Source of the DNA: Podarcis vaucheri
Lineage: Eukaryota
Strand: one strand, 5' to 3'
NCBI GenBank assembly: GCA_965113315.1
Contig: OZ220363.1
DNA: 64,000 nt
Below, in pieces: positions 1-14,300 of this stretch. The translations under genes and the position numbers were made by a program. The notes under the pieces were generated by a model. The model searched no databases. It was not told the origin of the DNA and saw only the letters and a list, made by a program, of their open reading frames with translations. Each line of letters opens with the position of its first letter. The first letter of the stretch is position 1.

Positions 1-876
1 AATTGTGCAGCAATTATAGCATCAGTGCAGTGCAGCAAAATACTCAGGATGTACCAACGCAACACTCTGGAGTTGCTCTGTGTGAGGTCTTGCAAAAGTC
101 AGATATGTGGAGTGTGGAGGAGTGTGATGCCACTCTGCAAAATCCTTGAATCAGGAGACCTCCCGCCTTAGTACTGTTACCAGTGTTGTGACCACAAACC
201 ATATAAATTAGTCAAATGTGACCATTACTGTAAAGCACTTTGCATGTTGAAAGTACTATGTAAATTATAAATAACTAATTTAAAAATGAAAATTGGATGA
301 CAGAGCCTGTAATTCAGAGCCTTCCTAGGGCATAGGCAAAGACACCAGTTGTGCAGTGATAAAACTGGAAACTGCCACACGCTCCATCTCATACTAGTAC
401 CCATGCCCATGGGCAACACAGAGCAGATGGGACAGAGGAAAGGGAACAGGAAGTGCAGTGGATGGAACCCCAAACAGTGGGTGTCTGCTTTGTAAATGTT
501 GCCCTACTTGGAGCACAGCAATTCTGTTCAAGGCCTGTCCCCATCTATCAGGGCGAGCTGGTGTGCCTCAGGTGATAGTGCCTGTGGTATCTGAGAGGAT
601 GGTGAAAGAAATGTGTGCATCAGTAGAATTTTGTACTAAAATCTATGTGTCTACAAGACAAGACTTTGTGGCAATACTTGATATACAGTATTTCCTGTTT
701 GTGAGCATTCTTGCCCTGTGTGTGAAGGGTGATATGCAAATGCCATAAACAAAGGGCTGTAATGTGTCAGCTATTTAGTTTAGTATTATATTGTTACCAC
801 CATTGTATGGATTTGTCATTTGCATTTTCTGTTCTTGGAAAATGTATTAAGCCATTTTTGTCTCTTTTGGAAGTTA

Positions 877-1135
877 CCGTATTTTTTGCTCTGTAAGACT
901 CACTTTTTCCCTCCTAAAAAGTAAGGGGAAATGTGTGTGCGTCTTATGGAGCGAATGCAGGCTGCACAGCTATCCCAGAAGCCAGAACAACAAGAGGGAT
1001 TGCTGCTTTCACTGCGCAGCCATCCCTCTTGCTGTTCTGGCTTCTGAGATTCATAATATTTTTTTTCTTGTTTTCCTCCTCCAAAAACTAGGTGTGTCTT
1101 GTGGTCTGGTGCGTCTTATAGAGCGAAAAATATGG
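877..1135. mobile_element. Tc1/mariner-superfamily MITE
   Basis: TA flanks; TIRs ccgtattttttgctctgtaagac / gtcttatagagcgaaaaatatgg; internal hairpin. Confidence 0.8.
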
Positions 1136-2225
1136 TACTTGACATAGATCAGGTACCTCTTACTGTTACACACTAAAAACTTGCCTGCCATTCATATAGT
1201 CATTGTGGTTAAGGATTACTTGCTTATATGGGCAGCAGCTTTGATCAGCTAATAATTCCGAATACAACTTTGGGGAGCCTAGTGGTTATTCCATGTTTCA
1301 TGTTTAGGTTTCTGAAAGCTTCTCTGTAATTGGAGAGTTGTTCCTCTTTTATGCATTTTCTTTCACATCTGAACTGTATATTAGCTGCACTTCATGATCA
1401 GAATTATGAGTAGCCCTGAGTGTGTATTTTATGCTACATTTAAAAAGAAAACAGCAGCACATCTTTTACAGATTAAAAAAGAGAATTCAGCTCTACTAGT
1501 ATTGTTTTTCAGTTCAGTAATAGAACTTACACACATGGTGTAGCCTGTCAGGTTTGATCTTGTCTTGAGATCTAACATTTTCCCTTTGCCTGAAAGCAGG
1601 CCTCCTTGGTGTATTTTCCTTGTTTACTCCTTAGGGGGGTTCTTGTTTACTCCTTGGGGCATTTTCATGTTTATAGTCCACAGCAGTCTTTGCCAGGATC
1701 CAGGATAACCGGCTGGCTTAGTGCCACAGAGCGGCAATCCTCACAGCTGCAGAGCTTTTGAGCAACCTGCCTCCTGGCTCTTTACTGAGCAAACTCTTGG
1801 TCGGCTGTTTTGCTGCCAACACGCTGGGTGGGTTTGTTGATTTTAAGAGTCCAGGTTTCATTTTCTCCTTGTATGCAGGTGGAAAGGTGGGTGGAGCAAT
1901 GATAGCAGGTGGGAGGAACTGGCTGTCCCGAGTGCAGGCCTGGAAGATTGTGATTGGGGGTGGAGAATAGAACAAGTCATTTAAGGAGGACATGGAATGA
2001 ACAAAAAAAAAAAAAAAGCAGAGGGAGATACTTAACTGGCAAAGCCAGTCTGTTGGCCAGTCATGTGATTAACATGGCTACGATCAGGGAGTGCACAGCA
2101 AGGACACACAAGGAGTCTCAGGATTTGAAGGTGGCTGCCTGAATCTCAAAGAGGGAAGTCCATAAAGGTAATTATTTCCCCTGTGCTTTTCCATTTTGTA
2201 GGATGCTGCTTGTGAATAAGCTAAA

Positions 2226-2325
2226 ATGACTGTGAAATTGCTCTCTCTTCTGCCTGTGCCATCTGTGCTCTTGGCTTTCTGCCTTGCCACAAGGAGTGAG
2301 CAGGAAAGGACAGCAGCTTTACAAG
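2226..2325 (+). CDS. SIGIRR: SIGIRR candidate signal-peptide exon ([33 protein letters not shown])
   Basis: Acceptor ccattttgtag ends at 2201. ATG at 2226 has A at -3. Basic n-region is followed by a hydrophobic stretch. Strong donor aag|gtgag is phase 1, matching the 11854 exon. Confidence 0.65.
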
Positions 2326-5300
2326 GTGAGACTAAAAGAAAAAGTTGTCCTGGTGTGGTTTGTGTGTTTTATGAATATATGTAGGCTTGTGGTACTTAGC
2401 AATTAAGGCAGTCTGACCCACTGTTTTTTCTTCTCTGTGCCCTTCTTGCTTGACCTGATCAGGCCTCCTGCCTTTACAGTCACGTGTGCTTCAACCACTA
2501 ATCTCTCTTCTGTGTTTGGATATCTCTTTCTGGAAGAGACACACTTTATTTATGAGACAATATGAGTATTTTGAGAGAAGATTTGAAACTTCTTACATGG
2601 CAGGCCTATTTCCATTGTTGTTTCTGTTTGGCACAGTGGCCTTTCCTAGGCCTTGCTTCCCAATTTGAAATTAGTTTTCCATTGTTGTTTTTTGGTCAGT
2701 GAGATTTGTGTGCGTGCGTGTGTTTGTATTTAACACTTGCTATCTGATCATAGGGGTGTCCTATGTTTTCCATTTGTTCTTGAGGCCTCATTGAATTCCA
2801 TTTTCCCATGACACACATTGCCTCATTGAATTCCATTTTCCCATGACACACATTGCCAGGTTCCTGTAGGCTTCACATCAGCTCACTGATGCTTGATATG
2901 GCTGGCTTCTGTCCTGTGAGGGCTTTTCAGTAGTCAACATTTGTCTATCCATCATTCTCTTTGCCTTCTGCTTAACATTTGCTGTAGGGGTGCATGGAGC
3001 TTTAGGAGAGAATGAAAAGTGCATCCACTGTTCTTCTGACCTTTATAATCCAGTCTTACTCTGGCCTCTGCCCATGCTGGCCCTGCAGCCAGTGGCAAAG
3101 CATACAGGAACTTTGGAGAAAAAAATGGGCTATTCTTCTCTGGGAACACAGGATGCTGGCTAGTCAGTTGCATTCTAAGGGGTGGCTTAGTACAGCAACA
3201 TAGTCATCCTATTGGCTGATCAAATCCTAAGTTTATCTGCTGACCAGCTATGTGGTGTTTATTTGTTTTCTGTTTTTCATTTGCATTACTCTTGGCTGCC
3301 TTGGACATATGTAGAAGGAAGTGGAATACAGTTTTTTAAAAAGAAATTAATTAGTAGTGGCCAACTTGTAGGGATCTTCAAAATATGTGAGTGTGCTACT
3401 CTATATTGCATTACAGTACCTGTGCAAACCTGTGTGTGTTAGGCTTCCAGTGGCTTTCCCTCTAGTTTTCTAATCTCTGGAGTAGGTGTCATTGCAGTGC
3501 TGAAGAGACAGGCAAGAATATACATTTGATTTTGCCTTAGTCGGGCCTATAAATCCTTAGTTTCTAGTCCAGAAGTGCCATAGACTCATTCTGCCTTTGC
3601 CACTGTGATGTTTGTGCCACAGCTGATTACTATGGGGTTAAATTTAGTATGTGGTGGGGCAATGAAACACTAGGTTAGCCATACATGGAACTGACACATT
3701 TATTCCCATAATTAGTGTTTTCAAATGACCATATAAATAAATAGTTGAACTGTCGTTGTAGGAAGTGAGCAGATTTATCTCTGGAGTGTCACAGATATCT
3801 GCATACAAGATTTTTACTTCCTTATGATTTATTTTTGATGTGGCTCACAAAATGATCAGGCAGTGCACGATGAAGAAACTCTACTGTGATCCTTCTAGAT
3901 TTAACTTGCTATCCCTATGTATTGGTAAAATAGCTTTGTTAGTACAGAGATGAAGTACTCTTTCGTAACACATCCTACTACAAAGGTAAGGATGCTAACC
4001 TTCCATTTCCATCGATTGACAATGGGGACACAACCTGCATCTCTTATTAAGTTGTATGCTTAAATAGGGTTGTGTTGGTATCCGTCTGTCTTGGGAGACA
4101 ATAGACGAGTGTGACTTTGGGAGTGAAGTCAAGCTGTTGGAGAGTTACAGTGTCTGCAGTGGTTCCAGAAACATATACAGGAGAGATATGTTTTCTTGCA
4201 GGTGGTGCAGAAGAAGGCATCTGGTTTTGCTGCTAAAGTTACACCATGGTGTTTCTTTTTTCTGCGCTCATACCAGTGATCATTCCTCTGGTTACTGACT
4301 GACTGTCTCCAGACACTGTGATTGCCTGCAAACGGTTCCCACATGGTGGGGTTAATGTTGCCAGCCTTCATATCACATTTGCAGACATCTTTGTAACACA
4401 GTTAGTCTGCCAACAGACCTAGTTTACTATTATTTTTTAAATTTATATACTACTCTTCATCCAAAGACAATAGGCCAGCTTACAACATAAAAACACAAAA
4501 TACACAGCATAATAATAATAATACCCCCTTCTGTTATTCATTCATTTATCCCATACTTCCAGTGCATTTCCCCATGACTTTCCAAACCGCAGAAAGCCTG
4601 ATTCTTTTTTAAAGTGGATTTGTTGAGCTAGTCAACAGAGCCTTTCAATCCAATTTAACGGCTCAGACCTAAGTTTCCGATGTGCTCTTGAATCCCACTT
4701 ACAAAATAGTGACTGTCTGGAGGCACCCTTAGGCAATTTATGCTTGCCTAATTGAAACAGCAACATAAGATGATGTGGGGTGCAACATTTTGATGTTTTT
4801 AGAGGCATTTTTCTTCTTCTGAAATATGATTTGTCTCTTAAATTCCCTCTGAGTATCCATCATGAGTAGTGCAGAAATCTTTATACATGTTGCCCAAGAC
4901 GATAAAAGATACAATATTGCCTTGGTCTAACCTCTTAAAACAATGGCTATTTTAATTTTCTGCCTCATAGAGGGAGTCTTAAAGCTATAAGTTGGTTAGA
5001 AATTGAGATAATCCTTATCTTTCTCTGCCCCTCCCAGTTATATGGGTTTGTGTGTGCCTGCTGTGATCCTGGGAAAAGAACTGGCAAAGTCAATACGATA
5101 ACATTCCTGTCTGTAGGACCAATAAATAAGCCATAATCTTTGAGTTTTACATAGAGGTGCCTTTTCAGTTATTACTGTTGCAACAGACCAACCTAATCTG
5201 CTTTTATTGATAATGCTTTTGTATAAATTGACCACACCTTGCAAAGAAGCAAACTGGCTAGAAAATGTGTATGTCATGGTGGGGGGAGTGAGAGAGTGAG

Positions 5301-8300
5301 CTTGGGAGTTTGCTCAGCCAGTAATAGGTGTCAGTATCTTCAAAGGGATGCGGGTGGCGCTGTGGGTAAAAGCCTCAGCGCCTAGGGCTTGCCGATTGAA
5401 AGGTCGGCAGTTTGAATCCCCGCGGCAGGGTGCGCTCCCGTTGCTCGGTCCTAGCGCCTGCCAACCTAGCAGTTTGAAAGCACCCCCTGGTGCAAGTAGA
5501 TAAATAGGGACCGCTTATAAGCGGGAAGGTAAACGGCGTTTCCGTGTGCGGCTCTGGCTCGCCAGAGCAGCGATGTCACGCTGGCCATGTGACCCGGAAG
5601 TGTCTCCGGACAGCGCTGGCCCCTGGCCTCTTGAGTGAGATGGGCGCACAACCCTAGAGTCTGGCAAGACTGGCCCGTACGGGCAGGGGTACCTTTACCT
5701 TTACCTTTTTATCTTCAAGGTATGCTGTTTGTTGTGACATTTCTTTGTGTCTTCTCTGTATACTGGGAGAACCCTTGAGTGCCTCCCAGACCATTTACAG
5801 ACACATTTACACAGTTTTCTTTTCATTTAGCGCTATATTTGTGTTAGCCTTTGCAAAGGGATAGCCATGCTGACATTCACTTATAGAAACAGGACTGAAT
5901 GTGTACTCCAGTGCAAGCCTGGTTGGGACAAAATGCCAAATTGTGGTTTGTTTAAAATAAAGAAAGGAGGAAGGAAATGGATCTGTGTGGCTCATACTTA
6001 TGCTGCCAACCCATGCTTGGGCATTATGTCTGAACCAGTCCTAGGGGTCTGACAACAAATTAAAATTATTTGAGGCCATTTACACTGCACCTTAGTTTTG
6101 CTTTAACCACATTATTCTGTGCAGTTTTGCAGGGAAGCATTTTGCACAGCAGTTACTGGTTTTAAGTTTATTGTGGCAATTACATAATGAAGGAGATAAT
6201 TGATTCTCCCTTCCAGACTCTTTATGATGATGTGAAACCAGTTTACCATCTTGCAGGGATGCACGCTTTGTTGTTTGTAGGTTGAAGCCTGCCATATTTT
6301 TTAATGAAATAGGTGATGTTTAGGGTTGTTATAACTGCCCTGAGGCATTTTGCTGCCTGAGAGGGACAGGATGACTTCCCCACTCCCCTTCCATGTACAG
6401 AAGCTGACTCTGGCAACGAGACAGCATCCTTCACCACACCTGAAGGCATCAGCATGCCCAGGACAGGCCATATGGCACATAGAGTTCTGTCTTTCAACAC
6501 TTCGTTACTCCTCGCCCTAATTGGGTCATTGCCAACACGGATAGATGCTGCTGTGCAGCAGCATGTGTTGCATGGGCATGTGCTAAAGTTTCTGGACTGT
6601 GTGGCTTATGCTGGTTGCCTCTTTGCAATGCATACTTCTTCAGTCTGGGGCTTTCCTGTACTGTGACGTGTTGAAAGAAAGTGACTAGGTGAGACATATA
6701 GCCATACTAGGCCAGCAACAAGCAGGCTTACTGGCACAGGAGGGTAGAAATGGCCAGGAGACTTAGGAAGAACATCCAAGGTGGCGTCGTTACCACCTGA
6801 GACAATTGCCTCATTCTGTAATGATAGGGTTGCCCCTGCAAAAAGCAAAGGCTCTCCCTATCATTATTTGTTTAGTTAGCTGCCTGTGGCTTGGATCCTA
6901 GGCACAGTTTCTTGGAGGTACGTTTCAAAATTGGTAGGATTTACTTCCAAGTAATAAGATGCATAAAAGTGAGGTGCCAGATTACTACAGTTCTAGCAGA
7001 TGAGTTTCCTTACTCCTTAAATTAAATATATCTACTACAGTGCAGTAGGGTATTGATTATCTGATTAAGCCCTTTAACTCATCAGAAATGTGAGGAAATA
7101 GTCGATAGAGCAGAAGACTCTTTAATCTCAGTGTCATAGATTCAAGCCCCACACTGGGCAAAAAGATTACTGCATTGCAGTGGGTTGGAGTCAGCAAACT
7201 TTTTCAGCAGGGGGCCAGTCCACTGTCCCTCAGACCTTGTGGGGAGCCGGACTATATTTTTTTTGGGGGAAAGAACAAATTCCTATGCCCCACAAATAAT
7301 CCAGAGATGCATTTTAAATAAAAGGACACATTCTACTCATGTAAAAACATGCTGATTCCCAGACTGCCCACGGGCTGGATTTAGAAGGTGATTGGGCCAG
7401 ATATGGCCGGATATGGCTTAGTTTGCCTACCCTTGGAGTAGATTGTCCTTGTGCTGTCTTCCAACTCTATTGTTCTATTCTCTACTGCTGCCTAAAGTGT
7501 ACAATACTTTGGATTGATCCCAGGATTTGGGATGGTTGGTGTTGAAGGAGTGCTATATTTAAACATATGAAAGGGATGAAAGAATTACATTTTGTTTTGA
7601 AATGTAGAATAATGTAGTTAATATTGATTTGTGCAAAATACAAGGAATAGTGAATGCCAAAAAAGAAATGGAAATCTGTGTATTGGCTGAAATAGGCAAA
7701 ATATAAGAGCAGAGGAATAAATATGGGTTTAAGGGCCCCTACCTGTTAGCTGTGCTGAAGTCTTTTTAAAAAGAGCTTATGTGTGTAGTGGATAGCGGCC
7801 ATGATCTTTGATATACTTTGGGACCATAATAGCAGTATGAATAATGTAATCTTGCTTCCTGCACATTGTCTGATATACCAAATTGATATCTGAGAATCAT
7901 TTACAAAATAAAAGGGACAGGTTTTTAATCTCATAGTTGCATACTAGAAGATAGAAGGAGCTGCCTTTGTATTTTTAAGTCTAATATCCCAGTCTTGGGA
8001 TGCAGAACATACAATGCTCTATTATACATGTATATGCTTGGACAGGTAGTCTCAATTTAAAGGGATACTGTATATGTGCATTTTGAGCACACAGCATGAA
8101 ATGGATGCTTTCATGGTGTAGTGAGGAGTGGAGTGTACATTTCTCTAGAACAGATCCCTTCTCACAGACCAAGCATGCCAGGACTAAGGTCTGACTAGTG
8201 GTAGTAGTAGTGGCAGTAGTAACAGGATTAAGAATAAAGGGCTGACCTCTCAGCAAAGATTGAGTGAAAGCAGATACCATACAGGCCCCAGCATAAGCTG

Positions 8301-11300
8301 CTCCTCCTGCTCTGCCCTCTGAATGAAACAGAAGTAAAAAAGAGACTTCAGATAATTTAAACTGGAAACGATAATAATTTTTGAAGAGAGCTGAAATTTC
8401 CTTATGTGTGTGCTTCTTCTGTTTTGCTGGTCAAACATGTTTGGCAGGTTTTTAATCAATACAGAAACCTGTTTACCAGAGGTCAAAATGGAATGAGTAG
8501 TTGTCTTACTTCCAAACCAATTTTTGCTCTCCAGTCCCAGTGAATCCCATCCATTTCCTCTAGACTTCCTGCAAACACAATGAAGATTGTAGGATGTTTG
8601 AGTGAAGGGAACACACAAACATTCCTTGTAAAATAATGCAGCATAAGCAGGAGCTGAAGCAGGAAGGAGATACTGTGCAGCAAACTGCAGCCACAAAGTG
8701 CCCCTGACACAAATGATTCAATCTCTTTAGCATTTATAAATACATTGTGGAGTCAGAAATCTTTGGCGATCACTCGTAGCTGAGTAAGATCATCTTCCAT
8801 AAACACGGTTTTAACAATGAGTCCGTAAGTGACTGTCAAGGCCAATTCTGGATCCATACGGCCTTCCACAGTGGGGACATTGGTTTCCAGGCGGGAGTTG
8901 ATCACGGTGTGGATTTGCCAAGCATGCCTTCCTCTTAGCACGTTTCTCCCTTGCTTCCTGAGTTTGAATGTCTTCAAAGCCCATGACACCTTTGGTAAAA
9001 GCTGTTCTCCAACTGGAGCGCTCGCAGGCCAGTGTTTCCCAGTTGTCAGTGTTTATACTACATTTTTTTAGATTTACCTCAAGACAGTCTTTAAACCTCT
9101 TTTGTTGACCAGGAGTCAGAAATATTTGACCAGTACAACAGTGCACTGGCTTGAGTAACTTCTCAGAAAATGTGATATTCTTGTAGCAAAAGCACTACCT
9201 GTGCAAAAAGCATGAGGGATGATAGTGGAAACGGCCCTGAATTAAGCTGCATGGTAAGTGTATCCTGTTGTGACAAAATCCATTTGTAAATCAGCATTCA
9301 GTATGTGAAATATTTGTGAAAGGACCCTATGAGAATTAGCACCCTCTGAGATAAGTCTTTGGTTGCATCTTAATGCTGGGATCCATACCTGCCGTTTACT
9401 CCCTCCCACTATCTGATGGTTGGGTGTGTGCTTAACAGCTCCTGTGTGTAAGCAAAAAGAGCAGCATTTCTTTCTTCAGTTTCTTCCTGATCGGGTATGG
9501 GAATGTTTGTCTAGCAGACAAAGGCAACATATTATGCATACTTGAAGGGACCCAGCCCAGTCACAGTAAGGTGTTGTTGTTTTATTCATAGTTTATGGAT
9601 AGAAGGATGAAATAATGAAATGAAATTCTGTGGCAGTACTACTCTGGCAGTTCTTTGTAGAATAATTATGGTCATGATAGAACAGACAAGAGCAATAAAA
9701 GATGTGTAGGATTAGGCTACATGTATTCAGATGCTGAGCAGTGGGCTTTACTCCCTTGTAAGGTATAGAACTGCAATCCTATGTTACTTTTGTGTTAGCA
9801 AAAAAAGAAGCCATTCATATACGAAGCAATTCAGTTTCCACCTGGGAAATTTCATTCATATAACTTTAACAACAGCTGCAACAATGATGATAATGCCGTA
9901 ATGCTTATTTGGAGTGTTTTCAGGACAAAGCATCACAGTAGTCAGTGGCACTTTAACAACTGTGTTTGCATCTACTAAAGTTATTGCCATTTCTGCCAGA
10001 ACCATCATAGTTGTGAACAATTCATTGTATATATAGGACTGCTGTCCCACCAACAGTGAAAACCTTTGATAATGGAAGTGCTCACTTGAATATGAGTTCT
10101 CACTTGACGTTCTGCCAGCAGTGGCATTAACTTTAGTAGAGTTGCGTATTTAGGCAAGGTAAAGGTTAAGGACCCCTGGATGGTTAAGTTCAGTCAAAGG
10201 CAACTTTGGGGTGCGGTTCTCATCTTGCTTCAGGCCTAGGGAACCGGCGTTTGTCCACAGACAGCTTTCCGGGTCATGAGGTCAGCATGACTAAACCGCT
10301 TCTGGCACAATAGGACACCGTGACGAGTGCCATAGCACAGGGAACTGCCATTTACCTTCCTGCCACAGCAGTACCTAATTGTCTACTTGCACTGGTATAT
10401 TTCCGTACTGCTAGGTTGTCAGGAGCTGGAACAGAGCAATGGGAGCTCACCCCATCGCGTGGACTCAAACCGCTGACCTTCCGATTGGCAAGCCCAAGGG
10501 GCTCAGTGGTTTAGACCACAGCGCCACCTGTTCCCTATAGTTGCATATTTATGCCTACTGTTACACCAACAGTGGTAGTCAAGAACCATTGGGTGCCTCC
10601 AGAATAGTCCATCAACAGGCAACCAGAGCCCTTGAAGTTGGGTTTGAATCTCTGGTTGCTTATAGCATACAAACAACACATAAAAAGGTCTCAAATACAT
10701 AAGTTACTCTTAACTGAGAACTGCATGAGAAAATTATGTTCCATGTGCTACATCACTTGGCAAGTAGAGCGCAATGTGGAATAAATTCCCATTTAAATTT
10801 ATCTGCTAACTTGAGGGAGACTATTTTAGAACTGGTACATAGATGGTACTTAGGTCATTTAACTATCATATGTGATGGCCATGTGTGCAAAATGAATTTT
10901 ACTTGGAAGTCACCCCACACCAAAATAGTATTGATCAGTCAGACATGATTTATGCTTTGTACTTCTGGACATTTCTGAAAATGATTATTATTCTTACAAA
11001 GACTTATCAACTTTTGTTTGTAGCAGCTAAACTGGATATGTCTGAGCACTGGAAAAGATACAGAACCTCTATCTATTTCTCAATGGTATCAAATAAGGTG
11101 GAGGTTCACTGTCATGGACAAACAAGTGCATCCATTTCATGTACTTCATTGTTCCAGTTCCAGTTCATATCAAATACTAACAAGTATACAGACATGCAAC
11201 TTTTTGCTCAGCAAAATGTACTGTGTTGTACAGGTTTTTTTTGAAGGTTGATTGCTTTTCCTTTGAACTTGTAGCTCTGAAGCACTTATTATAATTATAG

Positions 11301-14300
11301 TATCTTTTTAAAAAAAAGTTTCCAGGTGTGCAAATGGCCAGTGAATACCACCAATGCTTTTTTAAAATACATTAGCAGTATTTGGTTGGCTAGGTTTCCC
11401 CCCTGTTCTTTCCTTTTTCTATAGTGCTTGCTTCAGTGCATTGCCTCTCCTAGCATTTTTGTGTGTGGTGTGTGTGTTATGAGGAGGGTTGTTGAATGTG
11501 ATCATTGTGTTAATGCCCTTATTATCAATTTGTTCTCTGTTCATTATAAATAAGGAATCTATGGCATAGATAGAGTTCTAGTTAGAATCACATAGTTAGC
11601 TGATCTTGTTATCAGGATGATAAATATTTATCTCTCTTCTCTATAGTAAATTCACTTTAAACAGTCTTTCAGGAGCCATCACATGGTATGCATATTAAAA
11701 GTAAGTTCAGCCAGGGGGGCAGTGTCTATGACCTGGTTGGGCATGAATGACTTGGTTGCTGTTGGAGTTGCGTATTCTGTGCTTGCTGTAGAAATGTAGG
11801 TTGGATTAGGCATCACAGAAGTAGTTGCAATTTAACTGCTTTGCTTTATTTAGAATTCTTTTCGCTGACGGTTTCATCTAATTTATCGTGTGTGGACCCA
11901 GATCACTTCTATGATCACACCATTTGGACCCAGCAAGAACAGGTTAATCATTTGTTCTGCCCTTTGGATAACCAGAGCCTCCAGCTTCTTCAGTCTACCT
12001 CAAACTTTAGCATCCAGTGGAGCAAAAACTGTCATCTGCTTAACTTCACCGCGTTAAGCCACCTGCACAGCACACTGCAGAACACAACAACATACCTCAC
12101 CTTTGAGCACGCAAATGCCAGCGATGCAGGCAACTATACCTGCACGCTCTACTTGAACGATCAGAGAAACAGCTCCTTCACTGTCCGGCTGGTCATGGCA
12201 GGTGAGTGAAAGAAGTGGGAATTTTCAAACATGCCTTTGGATCCCTAACCTAACACTGACGTCTCCTCTTGGGCCCATCCCAGGAGAAGCAGTACTGCTA
12301 CTGTTTCAAGATGGGCCACTTGTCTGCCTAAGTCGGGATCCTATGTTTCTCATTAGACACATAGTAGCTGTGAAGTATCTAACTATGTAGGGCATGATTT
12401 TGTCCGTTTTCACCTAAACATAAGGTACTGATCATACTCAAATAAGTTATGGCATTAGATAAGCCCTGGGGATGTGAGCCAATTTATCAAGTGCTATGAT
12501 CTAAATTATGCATTGTCAACCAGAAGTTGGCGGGTTGATGTTTGTGACTGTATGTGTGGCTGTTGCTGAAGAGGGCTTCCTTTTACCTGGGAGAAAAAGG
12601 CAGACACGGAGCTCTTTCTGAGCCCTCTCTGCATTTTATGTTATATCTAAGATGACATATAAAGGTAAAGGGACCCCTGACTGTTTGGTCCAGTCACAGA
12701 TGACTCTGAGGTTTCAGCGCTCATCTCGCTTTACTGGCCGATAGAACTGTGTAAACAGATAAACCTGACGAAGGCTTCACTGTGGTGGAGACGCAGTTTA
12801 GGAGAGAGAGAAAAGACTTAATGTTTCTAAAGCTGTGATAACAAGTGATAGTACCTAAAATGTGGTGAGAGGTACCTGAAGCTACCAAGATAAGCTCACT
12901 CCGTCCCCCATTTGCTAGTTGCATTGTCAGAGTTGAAATGGGGAAAGACAGGTTTAAAAAATATATATATGCTGAGATTAAAAAAATTAGCAGACTTGTT
13001 GGGACAGATAAGTGTGTTTTTGTCTCTGCTTAATCTTTTATAGTGCACTTAAACTAGGATGGATCATCATTTTGGAGTACTTCATTATGCTATTAGAAAC
13101 ATAAATTAGCTAAAGATGGTCAGAGGGAGATCATACGTCATTTGAGCTGAAATCCTGCACACACATCCTGAGACCTGGAAGTCAGGCTTGCTAGACACTG
13201 TAGATCTTATTTCTGAGAAGATTTGTATAGGATTGTACTCTTTAATTTTTTTTATTCATTAAGATAAGGATGGTAGTTGCTGGTTTCTCAGGAAGTTCTC
13301 CTGAACTGGCTAAGGACTGGATATGGGCTCTAAAAAGAACGTTTTTTGTATTGTTCTCCCTTTTAAATAAAGGTAAAGTTTGGAAATGAGTCCAATACAC
13401 ACAGAGGTACCTACAGAAGGGAGAGCCTTTACATTTTAAAAAATGATGGCCATGATGGCCTAGTTCTCCTTTTCAGAATTTAAGGGAATGTAAGGGAAAA
13501 GGAAATTAGGGACAAGTACCTGTGACATATTCTAGTTTTTAATGCAATGTGACATTTGCACCTTAAACACCCTATTTTCCGCAATAGGATTCAGAAAGTT
13601 CTTCATTAAAAAAACGCACGCTCACATATGCTGAAAATATTTAGCATGGATGAATGAGTTGACAGTATGAAAGACAGAGGGGGAAGAACAGCACTGTGCT
13701 GGACTCTGAACAGGCAGTGAGAATAATTAAAGTACTGGCACTAGGACTTCAAAAGTTAATAATTAATACCATATCTCATATTCAGCACTTCTGTGATGTG
13801 CATACCCCTTTATCCTGGGCATTTCTCTATTATGGGACATGACATGCTTTCCAGATAACCTGAACATTCTGTCTTTCCCACTATAGTCCTTACTGAATTT
13901 CTCATTGTTTTCTCAAGTCAAATCAGAACTGCAGAACTAGCCTTGAGAGAGAGGTTATACTCAGCAACTTGTCTAGTTAAGTCGGCGAACCCACTGTGCA
14001 AGAGAGATTGTGCTTAGGTGCAGGGTCACAGGGACAAGAGTAGCTTGACTTTCTTTGTTATGTTAGCCAGACCTAAATAGCCAATATAAGATTTGCAGTA
14101 TGCAGTCTGGAAGTTCAGTGCTCTCATTGAAAAGCTCTCTTACGGTGTACTGTTTTTGTTTTCCCAACAGATATTTGCAGTGTCCTTCCTCGTTTCCTTT
14201 ACCCCTCCAGCAATCTGACTTTGCAACGTGATTTGGGAAGCCAGTTTACACTGAACTGCACTGTGCAGCTGCCCTACACGAAAAGCTGTGATTTTGGCCT

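Noticed and set aside
1-2000. Possible 3' end of ANO9, the upstream neighbour of SIGIRR in human
   Set aside because: No anoctamin-like coding sequence recognised; synteny alone is not evidence.
9187-9253. Exon-like segment (cttgtag ... atg|gtaagt) in SIGIRR intron 1
   Set aside because: It contains a stop in the phase-1 frame and its length is not frame-preserving. At most it is a non-coding or cryptic exon.
11647-11700. Exon-like segment (ctatag ... aaa|gtaagt) just upstream of the extra Ig exon
   Set aside because: In-frame TAA when spliced in phase 1, so it cannot be supported as coding.
2326-11853. A third Ig (D1) exon that would make a full three-Ig IL-1 receptor
   Set aside because: No ORF with a C..W..DxGxYxC pattern and compatible splice phases was found by eye. 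The leader exon already joins 11854 in frame.
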